Shown here: piece after piece, positions 41,918 to 53,632 of the stretch
Numbering within the stretch: position 1 is the first letter of the stretch
Layout: every line of letters starts with the position of its first letter
Program-made: the position numbers and the translations under genes
Source: Dehalococcoidia bacterium
GTDB lineage: Bacteria; Chloroflexota; Dehalococcoidia; SM23-28-2; RBG-16-64-32
Direction of reading: 5' to 3'
Length of the DNA stretch: 64,000 bases
Assembly (NCBI GenBank): GCA_963665775.2
Contig: CAXXTF010000001.1
Location: 32,001 to 96,000, forward strand
The notes under the pieces: model-generated
What the model was told of the DNA's origin: nothing
Database searches by the model: none
What the model saw: only the letters and a program-made list of their open reading frames with translations

Positions 41918-43969
41918 ATGAAATGCCTGATCCTGGCTGCGGGCGATGGTGGCCGCATGTCCGGGATATGCGCCTCCAAACCCCTGCTCGCCGTCGCTGG
42001 CCTGCCGCTCATCGAGAGAAGCATCGCGACGGCGCAGCAGGCGGGCATTACGGAGTTCTATGTAGTCACCGGGTACGAAGCTGAGCCCCTCGAGGCGTTT
42101 TTAGCGGACCTGAGCCGGCGGCGGGGCGTGAGCATCACCCCCATCCGGAATCCGGAGTGGCGACTCGGCAACGGCAGCTCGCTCCTTAAAGGGAGGGAAC
42201 ATCTCCTCGATCCCTTCGTGCTGCTCATGGGCGATCACATCTTCGACGAAACGATCCTCAGGCAGCTAGTGCAGGAGCCGCTAGGAGAGGGAGAGGTCAT
42301 CCTCACCACCGATTTTCGAGTGGACGGGAACCGGCTCGTCGAACTCAACGATGTGACGAAGGTCCTGGTAGACGACCACCACCTCATCGGAATCGGCAAG
42401 AATATCGAAACGTACAACGCCTACGATACGGGCATCTTCCTCTGCTCTCCCGCAATCTTCACCGCGGTCGAGGAGAGCATGAGAGACGGCGACGCATCCG
42501 TTACGGGCGGTGTTCGCCGCCTGGCCGGTCAGGGAAAGGCGAAGGTGTTCGACGTCCAGGAGCGCTACTGGCTCGACGTCGACACCCCGCACGACGCCAA
42601 AAAGGCGGAGACGCTCCTGTACAGAAGCCTGGCCAAGCCGAACGATGGCTTCATCTCCCGAACGATCAACCGCAGAATCTCCACCACCATCTTCACGCCG
42701 CTGTTGCTTAGGCTGTACGAGCGCGTCACAGCGAATCAGGTCTCCGCCTTGAGTTTCGCCGTCAGTTTGGGCGCCAGCCTCTCCTTCTTCCTCGCCCTCC
42801 CCATTCTAGGCGGTCTCCTCATACAGACAGCCAGCATCTTGGACGGGAGTGACGGCGAGATCGCGCGGTTGAGGAAGATGCAGTCCCCTTTCGGAAACTT
42901 CTTCGATGCCGTGTTGGACCGTTATTCGGACGGCTTCATCCTGTTTGGCATGTTCTACTATTCGTTAACGGCCACGGCGATCGCGGGCCTGTTCGGAAGC
43001 GCCACAACCACCCTCGTCGTTGGCGCCTCGATGCTGGCTCTCATCGGCACGCTGATGGTGAGCTACACATCTGCCAGGTCGGTTACCGACTTCGGCTACC
43101 ATTACGGTGGCCAGTGGAGCGCCGCCGGTAAAGGGCGGGATCTGCGGCTGTTCGCTCTGGCCATTGGCGGCGTCGCCTCGTTCATCCACCCGGTATCCGT
43201 CTTCGTGGCGATCGTGGCCGTCGCTCTCCTCACAAGCGCTATCGTGGTGCGGCGCGTCTGGATCTCCTGGAACTACTGGCGCAGACCGAATCCTCTGATG
43301 GGCATCCAGCTCAAGGCGGTGATCTTCGACTTCGATGGCACGATAGCGGACACGATGCCCTTCCTATCGGGTTTGGCCGTCAACCTGATCACGGAAAACT
43401 ACGCCATCTCCGACGCGCAGGCCCGTAGGCGATATCTGGAAACAACCGGGCTGGACTTCTCCAGCCAGGTTGAAGCGATGTTTCCGCAACATCCCAGGAA
43501 CCGCGACGTGGTGGCCACCATGGAGGCCGGCAAGAGGAAGGGTATTCTTGGGCACCCACTGTTTGAGGAAGTTGTCCCCACTCTGAGCTTCTTCAAGGAG
43601 CGGAACGTCAAGCGGTTCATCTGTAGCAGTACGCAGGAGGCGATCGTCCGACAGTACGCCGCGAATACGGGAATCGACGGCCTGCTCGATGGCTGCTACG
43701 GCTACAGGCCCGGCTTCACCAAGGGTCAGCAGATCGAATTCGTTCTGCGACACCACCGCCTCCACCCGAGTGAGGTCATCTTCGTTGGCGACTCGCTTAT
43801 GGATTGCGAGTTCGCGAGAGGCCAGGACGTTCAGTTCATCGCGATCTGCCGGCTCTTCGAGGAACAGGACTTCCGGCAGCGAGGGCTGTCCACCGTTCGC
43901 GACCTGACGGCGCTCACGCAGGAGTGGCAACAGTCGCAGGATGTTATCCGGCTCGCTGACCGGCCATAG
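41918..43969 (+). CDS. Three-domain fusion: nucleotidyltransferase (IPCT-like) + CDP-alcohol phosphotransferase (DIPPS-like) + HAD hydrolase
   Basis: ILAAGDGGRM..KPL; DGSDGEIAR...GNFFDAVLD; IFDFDGT and FVGDSLMD. Confidence 0.88.
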   Translation: MKCLILAAGDGGRMSGICASKPLLAVAGLPLIERSIATAQQAGITEFYVVTGYEAEPLEAFLADLSRRRGVSITPIRNPEWRLGNGSSLLKGREHLLDPFVLLMGDHIFDETILRQLVQEPLGEGEVILTTDFRVDGNRLVELNDVTKVLVDDHHLIGIGKNIETYNAYDTGIFLCSPAIFTAVEESMRDGDASVTGGVRRLAGQGKAKVFDVQERYWLDVDTPHDAKKAETLLYRSLAKPNDGFISRTINRRISTTIFTPLLLRLYERVTANQVSALSFAVSLGASLSFFLALPILGGLLIQTASILDGSDGEIARLRKMQSPFGNFFDAVLDRYSDGFILFGMFYYSLTATAIAGLFGSATTTLVVGASMLALIGTLMVSYTSARSVTDFGYHYGGQWSAAGKGRDLRLFALAIGGVASFIHPVSVFVAIVAVALLTSAIVVRRVWISWNYWRRPNPLMGIQLKAVIFDFDGTIADTMPFLSGLAVNLITENYAISDAQARRRYLETTGLDFSSQVEAMFPQHPRNRDVVATMEAGKRKGILGHPLFEEVVPTLSFFKERNVKRFICSSTQEAIVRQYAANTGIDGLLDGCYGYRPGFTKGQQIEFVLRHHRLHPSEVIFVGDSLMDCEFARGQDVQFIAICRLFEEQDFRQRGLSTVRDLTALTQEWQQSQDVIRLADRP

Positions 43970-44005
43970 AGAGCGGAAGGGCAGTACCCTGAGAAGGTCG
44001 GGGCG

Positions 44006-44392
44006 CTAGCTCCCCTTCGGGGGCGGTGGCGGCTCAACTCTCCCCCGCTCGATCAGCGCCTGGAGGAGATCGTCCGTCTTGGCGCTCATGATGAGGTCGT
44101 TGCGGTGGAGGTCGCGAATCTTGTGGGTCCACCAGGTGACCGTAACCTTACCCCATTCGGTGACTAGGCGAGGGTGGTGAGCCTCCTCCTCGGCGATCTC
44201 AGCGACGGCGTCCGTAAACGCTACCGCCTGAACGAAGTCGCGGAAACGGAAGGCCCGCTGAATCTTACGGATCCCATCCTCGCTGACCAGCTCCCATTCG
44301 GGCACCTGAGGATGAAGCTCGGCGATCTCCTCATCGGTGACATGCGGGGCATCAGCCCGGCAGGCGACACACTTCTCCTGGGTCAATACCAT
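44006..44392 (-). CDS. Pterin-4-alpha-carbinolamine dehydratase
   Basis: EAHHP, WWTHKI, DLIMSAKTD. Confidence 0.93.
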   Translation of the reverse strand: MVLTQEKCVACRADAPHVTDEEIAELHPQVPEWELVSEDGIRKIQRAFRFRDFVQAVAFTDAVAEIAEEEAHHPRLVTEWGKVTVTWWTHKIRDLHRNDLIMSAKTDDLLQALIERGRVEPPPPPKGS

Positions 44393-44659
44393 GACGCTCA
44401 CCCCTCCAGACACGCGCTCGGCCACGGTGCCGCAAGCGATAACCGGGACCGGCTGAGTTCCGAATTATAGGATGTGGTCTCCACCGCTAGAAGTCAACCA
44501 AGCCTATCGACTCATCCCCTCTAGACACCCAGGTACTTGGTGTACGGAAAGCCACCGACCGGGTACCCGGCCACCGCGAGTTTAAGTGTGGTCGGCGTAT
44601 AATACAATGGTCATGCCAACGGTGGCACTTTCCCATGTGACCGAATTCATCGGCCAGAG

Positions 44660-45035
44660 ATGGCCAAGATAGGCAGACGCGTCCGGGCTGTCTTTTTCGA
44701 CCTAGACGAGACGCTCCTGGACGACGACCGTGGCATGCGCGAGTCTGTAACGGGCGTGTGCGCGACCCTGGGCCAATGCTACCCAGCGATAGATGCTAGA
44801 GAGCTCGAGGCCGGCCACTTATCTCCGCGTTGCGGATGAGGCCTGGACTAGTTTCGGCAACGTGCCCCCCGTCTCTGGAAGACAGTTACGTGTGGACTTG
44901 TGGGGCACGGCGCTCGCGCACTGTGGCCTGCCCGATCGACCGCTGGCCGTGGAGGGCGCGGACCTCTACAGCCACGAGCGCAGGGTGAGCTACCGCCTGT
45001 TTCCCGACGTTCGAGAGCTCCTGAATGCACTCGGC
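44660..45035 (+). pseudogene. HAD-family hydrolase, frameshifted and truncated
   Basis: RAVFFDLDETLLD; GGCC duplication at 44809-44816 shifts the frame; ends after LFPDVRELLNAL. Confidence 0.75.
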
Positions 45036-45195
45036 CCAGGACGAACACCCCGCAGCGGTGCCGTTCGACCTCGGGCTCAACGAACTCCCTCAGGTAGACG
45101 ACCCTCCCGGGTTCAACATGGAGACCAGTGTCCTCGAAGGTCTCCCGTTTCGCGCATTCAAGAAGCGACTCTTCCCCCTCGATCCCACCACCGGC
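45036..45195 (-). pseudogene. Nudix hydrolase fragment
   Basis: GGIEGEESLLECAKRETFEDTGLHVEPGRVVYLREF is a Nudix box without an intact ORF. Confidence 0.6.
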
Positions 45196-45229
45196 TTCAC
45201 GGTGGGGTCAAGATTTCAGATACGAAAAC

Positions 45230-45305
45230 TGGGGCCCCGGGCGGGACTCGAACCCGCGACAAACGGTTTAGGAAACCGTTGCTCTATCCCCTGAGCTACC
45301 GGGGC
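45230..45305 (-). tRNA. tRNA-Arg(CCT)
   Basis: GCCCCGGTAGCTCAGGGGATAGAGCAACGGTTTCCTAAACCGT...GGTTCGAGTCC...CCGGGGCCCCA. Confidence 0.95.
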
Positions 45306-45367
45306 CTGTGGTCATTCTAGATACAAAACTTGGGCTGTGGCTAGAGCGTCCCTGCTCCCTCGACAGT

Positions 45368-45465
45368 ACGGCCTGGGCTGCCATCAGGGAGGCGCTGGCG
45401 TGGCGCAAGTCATGGTAGCGCATTCCGGGAACGCCTGCGACACCCAGCAGCTTGCGCAATCGTCG
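45368..45465 (-). pseudogene. Tyrosine integrase fragment
   Basis: RLRKLLGVAGVPGMRYHDLRHASASLMAAQ. Confidence 0.75.
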
Positions 45466-45619
45466 GCTGACGTGGAAGCCACAGAAGCCACAAAGAAGGC
45501 AGCCTCTTTCGTCGGTAACCATCAGATCTCCCCACGCGTAGCCCGCTGTGTGAGGGGGGCTACGCTCCCGCCCCGCGACCGGGGCCCCAGTGAGTCCAAG
45601 ACTCCCCGCCGTGCCTGCC

Positions 45620-46552
45620 TCAGTTAATGCAAGCCGGGTCCTTGGTCACAAACGTGTTGAACTTCCAGACGTTGTTATCGCAGTTTTCTTGAAAATCGAA
45701 CAGGTCTGTGTCGTTGTCCAACGCTGTGTTGAACTTGTAGGTGTTGTCGTTGGCACCGAAGTTGTTGACTATCCCATCGTCGGTGTTCCCGATAGCGGAG
45801 TTGAGCAGGAAAACATTGAAATCCCCTGAAATGCTGAACCCGAAAATCGTGTTTCCGTTCGCCGAGTTGTGCCAGAAGAAGTTATCGTTGCCAACTATTA
45901 AGAACCCGTCAAGGAGGTTACCATCGGCAGTGTTGTCGTATAGGTAGTTGCGATTACTGAAGAAGACCTGAATCCCGTGTAGATCGTTGCCGTCAGACCT
46001 GTTCCGCTTTAGCGTATTGTAGCTGCCGTTCACCAGGATGCCCGTGCCGTCGTTGTCATGGACGTTATTGTCTTCGATTCGATTGCGCTTGCTGTTCACC
46101 ACTATGCCGGCATCGGTGATCGCGCTGTCCGTGATCTCCAGTCCTCGCACCCTGTGGTAGCCATACCCCCCTACCACCACGCCTTCCCGGCAGTCAGTGA
46201 TGAGGCCGTTCTTAACGGTGGCGTACCAACCCTCAATCTCAATCCCGTTGTTGGACGGGTTGTTGCAGTGCACCTCATAACCGTTCAGGTTCAGGACAGC
46301 GGGGCCCACAACCGTCAGGGCCGGGTCCGTGTCGCAGTTCAAGTCGGCGTCGAGCGAAACGTACTCCCAGGGGCCGATGGTGTCACCGCAGCTGACGCCG
46401 TTTACCCCGGCGTGTGCTGATGGCGAGTCGGTAGCGAAGGCACCCCCGATGACCGCCAATCCCAGAATCGCTCCCAAGACCAAAAGAATGCGCAGTTGGC
46501 TCCCTAATAACAGAGAAAATCGCCATTGTCTGCCTCCTGCCGTAGCGGACAT
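45620..46552 (-). CDS. Secreted right-handed parallel beta-helix protein (NosD/pectin-lyase fold)
   Basis: Signal/TM segment; repeated GI.V....N....N motifs; Asn-rich. Confidence 0.85.
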   Translation of the reverse strand: MSATAGGRQWRFSLLLGSQLRILLVLGAILGLAVIGGAFATDSPSAHAGVNGVSCGDTIGPWEYVSLDADLNCDTDPALTVVGPAVLNLNGYEVHCNNPSNNGIEIEGWYATVKNGLITDCREGVVVGGYGYHRVRGLEITDSAITDAGIVVNSKRNRIEDNNVHDNDGTGILVNGSYNTLKRNRSDGNDLHGIQVFFSNRNYLYDNTADGNLLDGFLIVGNDNFFWHNSANGNTIFGFSISGDFNVFLLNSAIGNTDDGIVNNFGANDNTYKFNTALDNDTDLFDFQENCDNNVWKFNTFVTKDPACIN

Positions 46553-46689
46553 CGTGACTTGTGGTTCAGGCGAAGACTTCCGTTATGGAAACGTCACTCT
46601 CTAGCCTGAGTTACCGCAACAATAACACCGGTGGCGGAAACCCGGAAGTCGCCTTACGAAGTTGTTCGGCATTTCCTTGACCCCGTCGC

Positions 46690-46800
46690 CCCCACGCCCT
46701 CGCATAAACCCTCCGCTGCCGTCCGTCAGTGACGTGCAGGTAGATGGCTGTCGTTGAAGGGTTGGCGAGGCCCACCAGGTGTTGCAGTACGCGCGTAATT
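46690..46800 (-). pseudogene. XerC/D-like recombinase C-terminal relic
   Basis: RVLQHLVGLANPSTTAIYLHVTDGRQRRVYARAW resembles VQELLGHASISTTQIYTHV. Confidence 0.6.
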
Positions 46801-46900
46801 CTTCGCGTATGCGTCGGCCCAGGGTGTTCACTCCCTCTGATGGTAGACGTGCCCTCTACGGGGCGCTAGACTTGCATCACCAAAGACGGCTTCAACATCT

Positions 46901-47575
46901 GTGTATGGTCATGAGCGTGCTAGACAGTGCGAGGAGGCTCTTTTGAGGAGATGGACGGTTGCCGTGGGCCTGGCCCTGCTCGCCGTAATGATTACGGGTG
47001 TCGCTTGTGGCGGGGATGATGAAGAGATGCCCACAACCGGCACCCCAACGATAGGCCCCACGCCCACTGCGCAAACGACGCCTCAGACAACAGCTACACC
47101 CACGGCTAGCCCAATATCGACTCCGACACCCGAACAGACATCTTCGCCAACCGCCACGCCGACTGGAGCCGAACCCGCCGATGTCGACGCTTGCGAACTC
47201 GTCACAGACGACTTCGTCGGGCGGATCTTCGGGCGACCGGTAGAGTCCGTGGACCGGGGTCTTGGCGGCGAGGGAGGCCCGAAAGACGTCTGCTACTACC
47301 ACTTCGATGAATCCTCGGAGGTTATCCTGCGAGTCATCATCTCCGACGGTGAGGCCTACTACGATCGCGCCGCCTTCGGAGAGGAAGTCTCCGGCTTGGG
47401 CGATCGGGCGAATTGGAACGAAGGGGCTAGGACGCTGCTTGTGCTCCAAGATGGCAATGGGATAGAGGTTGCGATATCGCCATCGGTGCTTCCGGGCGCG
47501 AGCCTAGACGTGCTATTCGAGATAGCGAAGAGCATGGCCGTGGATGCTATCTTTTCCGGCCTCCTACCTAACTGA
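46901..47575 (+). CDS. Putative lipoprotein with Pro/Thr-rich linker
   Basis: Lipobox VAC, TPT repeats, DACELVT motif; its stop codon lies inside the att repeat. Confidence 0.78.
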   Translation: MYGHERARQCEEALLRRWTVAVGLALLAVMITGVACGGDDEEMPTTGTPTIGPTPTAQTTPQTTATPTASPISTPTPEQTSSPTATPTGAEPADVDACELVTDDFVGRIFGRPVESVDRGLGGEGGPKDVCYYHFDESSEVILRVIISDGEAYYDRAAFGEEVSGLGDRANWNEGARTLLVLQDGNGIEVAISPSVLPGASLDVLFEIAKSMAVDAIFSGLLPN

Positions 47576-47857
47576 GCTACCGGGGTCTAACCCTATTCTA
47601 GATACAATACCGCCTCTTTGGCCACCGATCTTCCTCACACCGACAGCCATTCGACAGCCGCGGTTACGTCCGCTCCTCGACGAAGTGCCCCGTCATCGAC
47701 TCGGAAGCGGACGCCCTGAGCCAGCATTAAGGAGGAGGGGGCCTCTCTCAAGTCGATCATCGACGCGGTTTTCCGGCGCGGCAGGCGCCTGAAGTATGAT
47801 TTCTCCTTCTCTGATCGTCTGTTATCATTAGGTGCGTCCCGCCGAGGCGGGACCGTT

Positions 47858-49555
47858 ATGGCAGGTAAATACCGGGCCGGAGAAACGATTTCGTCGCTGC
47901 GGGCACTTGTGTTCGCGGTAGCGCTAAGTCTGGCCCTGATCGCTGTACTCGTCCCCGTCCTCCCCGGCGAGGCTCCCCTTCAGGAAGGCGAGGCAGCCTA
48001 CAAGACCTTCCAGATAGACGGCCAAGTCATCGTTGAGATAGGCCGCACCGTCTTCGAGGCGGACCTGAGCGCGATCAAGAACGCCAGCCTGCTGGACAAC
48101 CGTCTGAACGCTGAAGACATAGCGGCGGCCGTGATCGTCGCCATTCTTAGCGGCGCCACCATGGGGCTCTACCTCTACCGGTTCCAGCCGAGGGAGGTGA
48201 CCACCGTGTCCCGGCTGGCGATGGTGGCGTTGTTGCTGGTGCTATGGGTAGCTGCGGCCAAGGTATTCCTGACGCTGACGCTGCCGGATCAGGACCGGCT
48301 ATTCCTGGGCTACCTACTGCCCATGGCCGCCGCCCCCATGCTCATCGCCACCCTGCTGGACGGGGGCCTGGCGATGACCATGGCCGGGCTGCTCGCCGTC
48401 CTGGGCACCTTCGCCGGCTTCTACATGCCGGACGCGCGGGCTCCCCTGGTCGGCGAGCCACTGATAGCATTTCAGATGGCGGTTGCCTTCTTCCTGGGAA
48501 GCCTCGCCGGCATCTTCGCCATCCACCGGGCAGAGCGCGTGAACCGGTATCTGGTGGCCGGCGCCGGCGTGGCCCTGGTGACATTCGCTGTGCTGATGTC
48601 GTTCTGGCTGCTGCTGCCGGAGCGAGAGGGCGTGGACGTGGTCTGGATGCTGGCCGTCTCGGTCCTGGGCGGGGTCGGCTCGGCCATCATCACGGTGGGA
48701 GCGACAGTGGTACTCGGGCTTATGTTCGGCGTCACCACTCGCATCCAGCTCATGGAGCTGGCACAGATCAGCCACCCCCTGCTGCGCGATCTGCAAGAGA
48801 AGGCACCCGGAACCTTCCATCACAGCGTCATCGTGGGGAACCTGGCCGAACGGGCGGCGGACCTGACCGGGGCGGACTCCCTTCTGGTGCGGGTCGGCTC
48901 CTACTTTCACGATATCGGCAAGATCGGCAAGCCCGGCTACTACATCGAGAACCAGCTTCAAGGCGATAATCCACACGATAGGCTGGCGCCGGGCGCCAGC
49001 GCCAAGATCGTGGCGGAGCACGTCCGGCACGGGATAGAGCTGTCCCGGCGCTACCACCTGCCGGCCGGCGTGCGCGCCTTTATCCCGGAACACCACGGGA
49101 CGCGGCTGATCACCTACTTCTACCGAAAGGCGAGCGCTGAGAACCCAACCGTGAATCCGGAGAGTTTCCGCTACCCTGGACCGAAGCCCCAGAGCAAGGA
49201 GACCGCCATCGTTATGCTGGCCGACTCGGTGGAGGCGATCATTCGCTCCAGCCATGACCGCTCGCCCGAAGTGATCGACACGCTCGTGGACGGCGTGATC
49301 AGAGAGCGAATGGCGGAAGGACAGCTTGACGCCAGCGACCTGACCCTGCGCGACCTGAGGATCATCGGCGACTCGTTCAAGGCGACCTTGAGTGGCGTCT
49401 ACCACAGCCGCATCGAGTACCCGGCGCCCACAGAGGCCGAGCGGCAGGCGACAGGCGGCCATGCGGGTCCCGAGGACGCGCCCTTTATGCGGCCGCCACC
49501 GGGCCCCATGGATGGCGCTACGCCGCCGGCGGAGGTGGAGCGGCCGACACGCTAG
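47858..49555 (+). CDS. 7TM-HD (HDIG) phosphohydrolase, PgpH-like
   Basis: Multiple TM helices, APGTFHHS, FHDIGK, EHHGT, MLADSVEA. Confidence 0.92.
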   Translation: MAGKYRAGETISSLRALVFAVALSLALIAVLVPVLPGEAPLQEGEAAYKTFQIDGQVIVEIGRTVFEADLSAIKNASLLDNRLNAEDIAAAVIVAILSGATMGLYLYRFQPREVTTVSRLAMVALLLVLWVAAAKVFLTLTLPDQDRLFLGYLLPMAAAPMLIATLLDGGLAMTMAGLLAVLGTFAGFYMPDARAPLVGEPLIAFQMAVAFFLGSLAGIFAIHRAERVNRYLVAGAGVALVTFAVLMSFWLLLPEREGVDVVWMLAVSVLGGVGSAIITVGATVVLGLMFGVTTRIQLMELAQISHPLLRDLQEKAPGTFHHSVIVGNLAERAADLTGADSLLVRVGSYFHDIGKIGKPGYYIENQLQGDNPHDRLAPGASAKIVAEHVRHGIELSRRYHLPAGVRAFIPEHHGTRLITYFYRKASAENPTVNPESFRYPGPKPQSKETAIVMLADSVEAIIRSSHDRSPEVIDTLVDGVIRERMAEGQLDASDLTLRDLRIIGDSFKATLSGVYHSRIEYPAPTEAERQATGGHAGPEDAPFMRPPPGPMDGATPPAEVERPTR

Positions 49556-49559
49556 GGGG

Positions 49560-51464
<1,905 letters not shown>

Positions 51465-51473
<9 letters not shown>

Positions 51474-51577
51474 GGGGCGTGCTCCTTCGGGTCGAGGGCC
51501 AGAATTGGGCCACAGATTGGCACAGATGGGTCACAGATTGTTTTACGAATAGTTTAGGCATGGGGCGTTACTCCTTC
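51465..51577. repeat. Duplicated dnaK RBS/start flanking a short CACAGAT-repeat insert
   Basis: TTTAGGCATGGGGCGT at 51465-51480 and 51553-51568, each followed by CTCCTTC; three CACAGAT units in between. Confidence 0.8.
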
Positions 51578-51724
51578 TTCTGGGGCGGAACAAGGAAGAG
51601 GGACGGGGAAAGAAGGCCCCCGTTTCCCTCCCTTCGCTTGTTCTGTGCTCAAACGTTATCACTTTCATCCCAGCCGCTGTAGGTATGGGTCTTGAGCCCT
51701 GCCCCACCACGGCAGCATACGTTT

Positions 51725-51790
51725 AATTCTGAGCGAAGCGAAGAATCTTTTAGGGGGTGGGCGAGATGCTTCGCTGCGCTCAGCATGACA
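51725..51790. repeat. REP-like inverted repeat pair
   Basis: ATTCTGAGCGAAGCGAAGAATCT ... AGATGCTTCGCTGCGCTCAGCATGACA. Confidence 0.75.
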
Positions 51791-51821
51791 GAGCCTGACC
51801 GGCAGGCCTAAAGGCCTGCAG

Positions 51822-52442
51822 CTATGACGGCTTGTCCTCCTTCGTCTCGCCTTCCGCCTTCTCCTCGCCCTCCGCCTTTGCCTCGCCTTCCGCGGCCTTC
51901 TCCTCGCCCTCAGGCGGCTTCTCACCCTCGGCCTCCCCCTTCCCCTTGCCCACCACCACCATCGCCGGGCGCAGGACGCGGTCTTGCAGCTTGTAGCCGC
52001 GCTGCACCTCGGCCAGCACCTTCCCCTCCTCGCCCTCGGCGTGCGTCACCGCCTCGTGCTCGCGGGGGTCGAACTGCTGACCCACCGCCTGGATGACGGT
52101 GACGCCGGCGTTCTCCAGGATCATCTGTAGCTTGCGATAGATCAGCCGCATTCCGTCGAACCAGGTGAGGCCGGCCAGGCGGTGGTCCAGGGAGCCGAAA
52201 GCGCGCTCGAAGTCGTCCAGGATGGGAAGGAGGTTGATGACGAGCGAAGCCAGGACGAAGCGGCGGCTCTCGTCGCGCTCCTGCTCGGTGCGTCGCTTGT
52301 AGTTCTGGAAGTCGGCCTGGGCCCGCTGCCAGTTGGCCAGGTACTTCTGGGCATCCTCCTTCGCCCTCCCGAGTTGGGCCTCGACGGGCTCATCCTCTGC
52401 GGAAGGCTCGACGGGCTCAGGCTGACGGATATCCTTATCCAT
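51822..52442 (-). CDS. grpE: Nucleotide exchange factor GrpE
   Basis: ADFQNYKRR, FDPREHEAV, GYKLQDRVLRPAMV. Confidence 0.97.
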   Translation of the reverse strand: MDKDIRQPEPVEPSAEDEPVEAQLGRAKEDAQKYLANWQRAQADFQNYKRRTEQERDESRRFVLASLVINLLPILDDFERAFGSLDHRLAGLTWFDGMRLIYRKLQMILENAGVTVIQAVGQQFDPREHEAVTHAEGEEGKVLAEVQRGYKLQDRVLRPAMVVVGKGKGEAEGEKPPEGEEKAAEGEAKAEGEEKAEGETKEDKPS

Positions 52443-52463
52443 CTCTCCTCCTGAAGATCGGGG

Positions 52464-53486
52464 CTAGGCGAAGTAGACGCCCAGGAGCTCCTCCATGAGG
52501 GAGCCCATGTATCGGACGAGCGGTACGGCCCTGGGGTAACGCATGCGTGTGGGGCCGACGACGCTGAGCGTGCCGCGCAGGCCGGAGGGGCCGCTGTAGC
52601 CGACGGTGACGACGCTGCACTGGCGCATGGCGTCCGTGGGATGCTCCGCACCGATGGTGATCCTGATATCGTGGGGGGGGAGGGCAGCTACCGGAATGGC
52701 CTGCGGCAGGTTGCGCCCCTCCAGCAGCTCCAGCAGGCCCAGGATACGCTCGCCGTGAGCGAACTCAGGCTGGCGCAGGAGCTCTCGCAGCCCCTCCAGG
52801 AAGGCGAGCTCGAAGCCGGAGGCGTCGGCGGCCGCCAGGAGATCAGCAGTAGCGTTAACCACGAGCGCTTCCACGGCAGGGGAGAACTCCGGCTGCCCCT
52901 GACGCATCTCGGCTGCCGTCTTGCCGGCGATCTGCGAGTTCAGACGGCGGGCGATGGTCGTGAGCTCGTCCTGGCTGACAGAATCCTCCAGAGTCAGCGT
53001 ATGCTGCAACACCCTCGCCTCCTGAAGGACGAGGACCACCAGGGCCAGGTAATCGTGCACGCTCACCAGCTCCAGCCAGCGCAGGCGGGGCTCCGGCGAG
53101 TAGGGGGCGGTGACTACGGCGGCGCTGTGAAGGCGGGCAGCGAGGACAGCGGCGGCCAGGTGGGCCCAGTCCTCAAGCCCGCGAGCCGCCTGATGGAACT
53201 GATGGCGGATCGTCTGCTCGTCCGGCTGGGGAAGGGATTCCTCCCGCATCAGCGTCTCCACGTAGTAGCGATAGCCACGGTCCGTGGGGATACGGCCGGC
53301 GGAAGTGTGAGGCTGGACGATGTATCCCTCCTCCTCCAGTGAGACCATCTCGTTCCGAACGGTGGCCGGGGAGACGGGGAGGCGGTACTTCTCGACGATG
53401 GCGCTGGAGCCCACGGGCTGGGCCGTGCTCACGTGCTCATCAACGATTAACTGGAGGAGCTTCCGGCGCCGTTCCGTTAGTGTCAT
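52464..53486 (-). CDS. hrcA: Heat-inducible transcription repressor HrcA
   Basis: SPATVRNEM, PHTSAGRIPT, GPTRM. Confidence 0.98.
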   Translation of the reverse strand: MTLTERRRKLLQLIVDEHVSTAQPVGSSAIVEKYRLPVSPATVRNEMVSLEEEGYIVQPHTSAGRIPTDRGYRYYVETLMREESLPQPDEQTIRHQFHQAARGLEDWAHLAAAVLAARLHSAAVVTAPYSPEPRLRWLELVSVHDYLALVVLVLQEARVLQHTLTLEDSVSQDELTTIARRLNSQIAGKTAAEMRQGQPEFSPAVEALVVNATADLLAAADASGFELAFLEGLRELLRQPEFAHGERILGLLELLEGRNLPQAIPVAALPPHDIRITIGAEHPTDAMRQCSVVTVGYSGPSGLRGTLSVVGPTRMRYPRAVPLVRYMGSLMEELLGVYFA

Positions 53487-53571
53487 CGCTGAGCTACCCA
53501 GAGGTGCCCTCTGCGGGAACGATCGCTCTCCGCGGACTGGCTCGTCAACATTTCCGCATTTCGTTAAACCA

Positions 53572-53598
53572 TTAGCACTCTCAACCCGCGAGTGCTAA
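53572..53598. promoter_or_regulatory. CIRCE element
   Basis: Perfect TTAGCACTC-N9-GAGTGCTAA upstream of hrcA. Confidence 0.97.
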
Positions 53599-53603
53599 TA
53601 GCG

Positions 53604-53632
53604 AGGTTAGCATTTCTGTCGGCCCCTGTCAA
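53604..53632 (-). promoter_or_regulatory. Sigma70-type promoter of hrcA-grpE-dnaK
   Basis: TTGACA-N17-TAACCT (with TGn extension) just upstream of CIRCE. Confidence 0.75.

Larger units (their letters stand above)
45291..47607. mobile_element. Decayed genomic island at the 5' end of tRNA-Arg(CCT)
   Basis: Direct repeat CTGAGCTACCGGGG-N9-ATTCTAGATACAA at 45291-45326 and 47572-47607; two recombinase relics; secreted-protein cargo. Confidence 0.72.

Noticed and set aside
46575-46630. dif-like half sites near the Xer-like relic
   Set aside because: Only one arm resembles a dif consensus; no 11-6-11 structure
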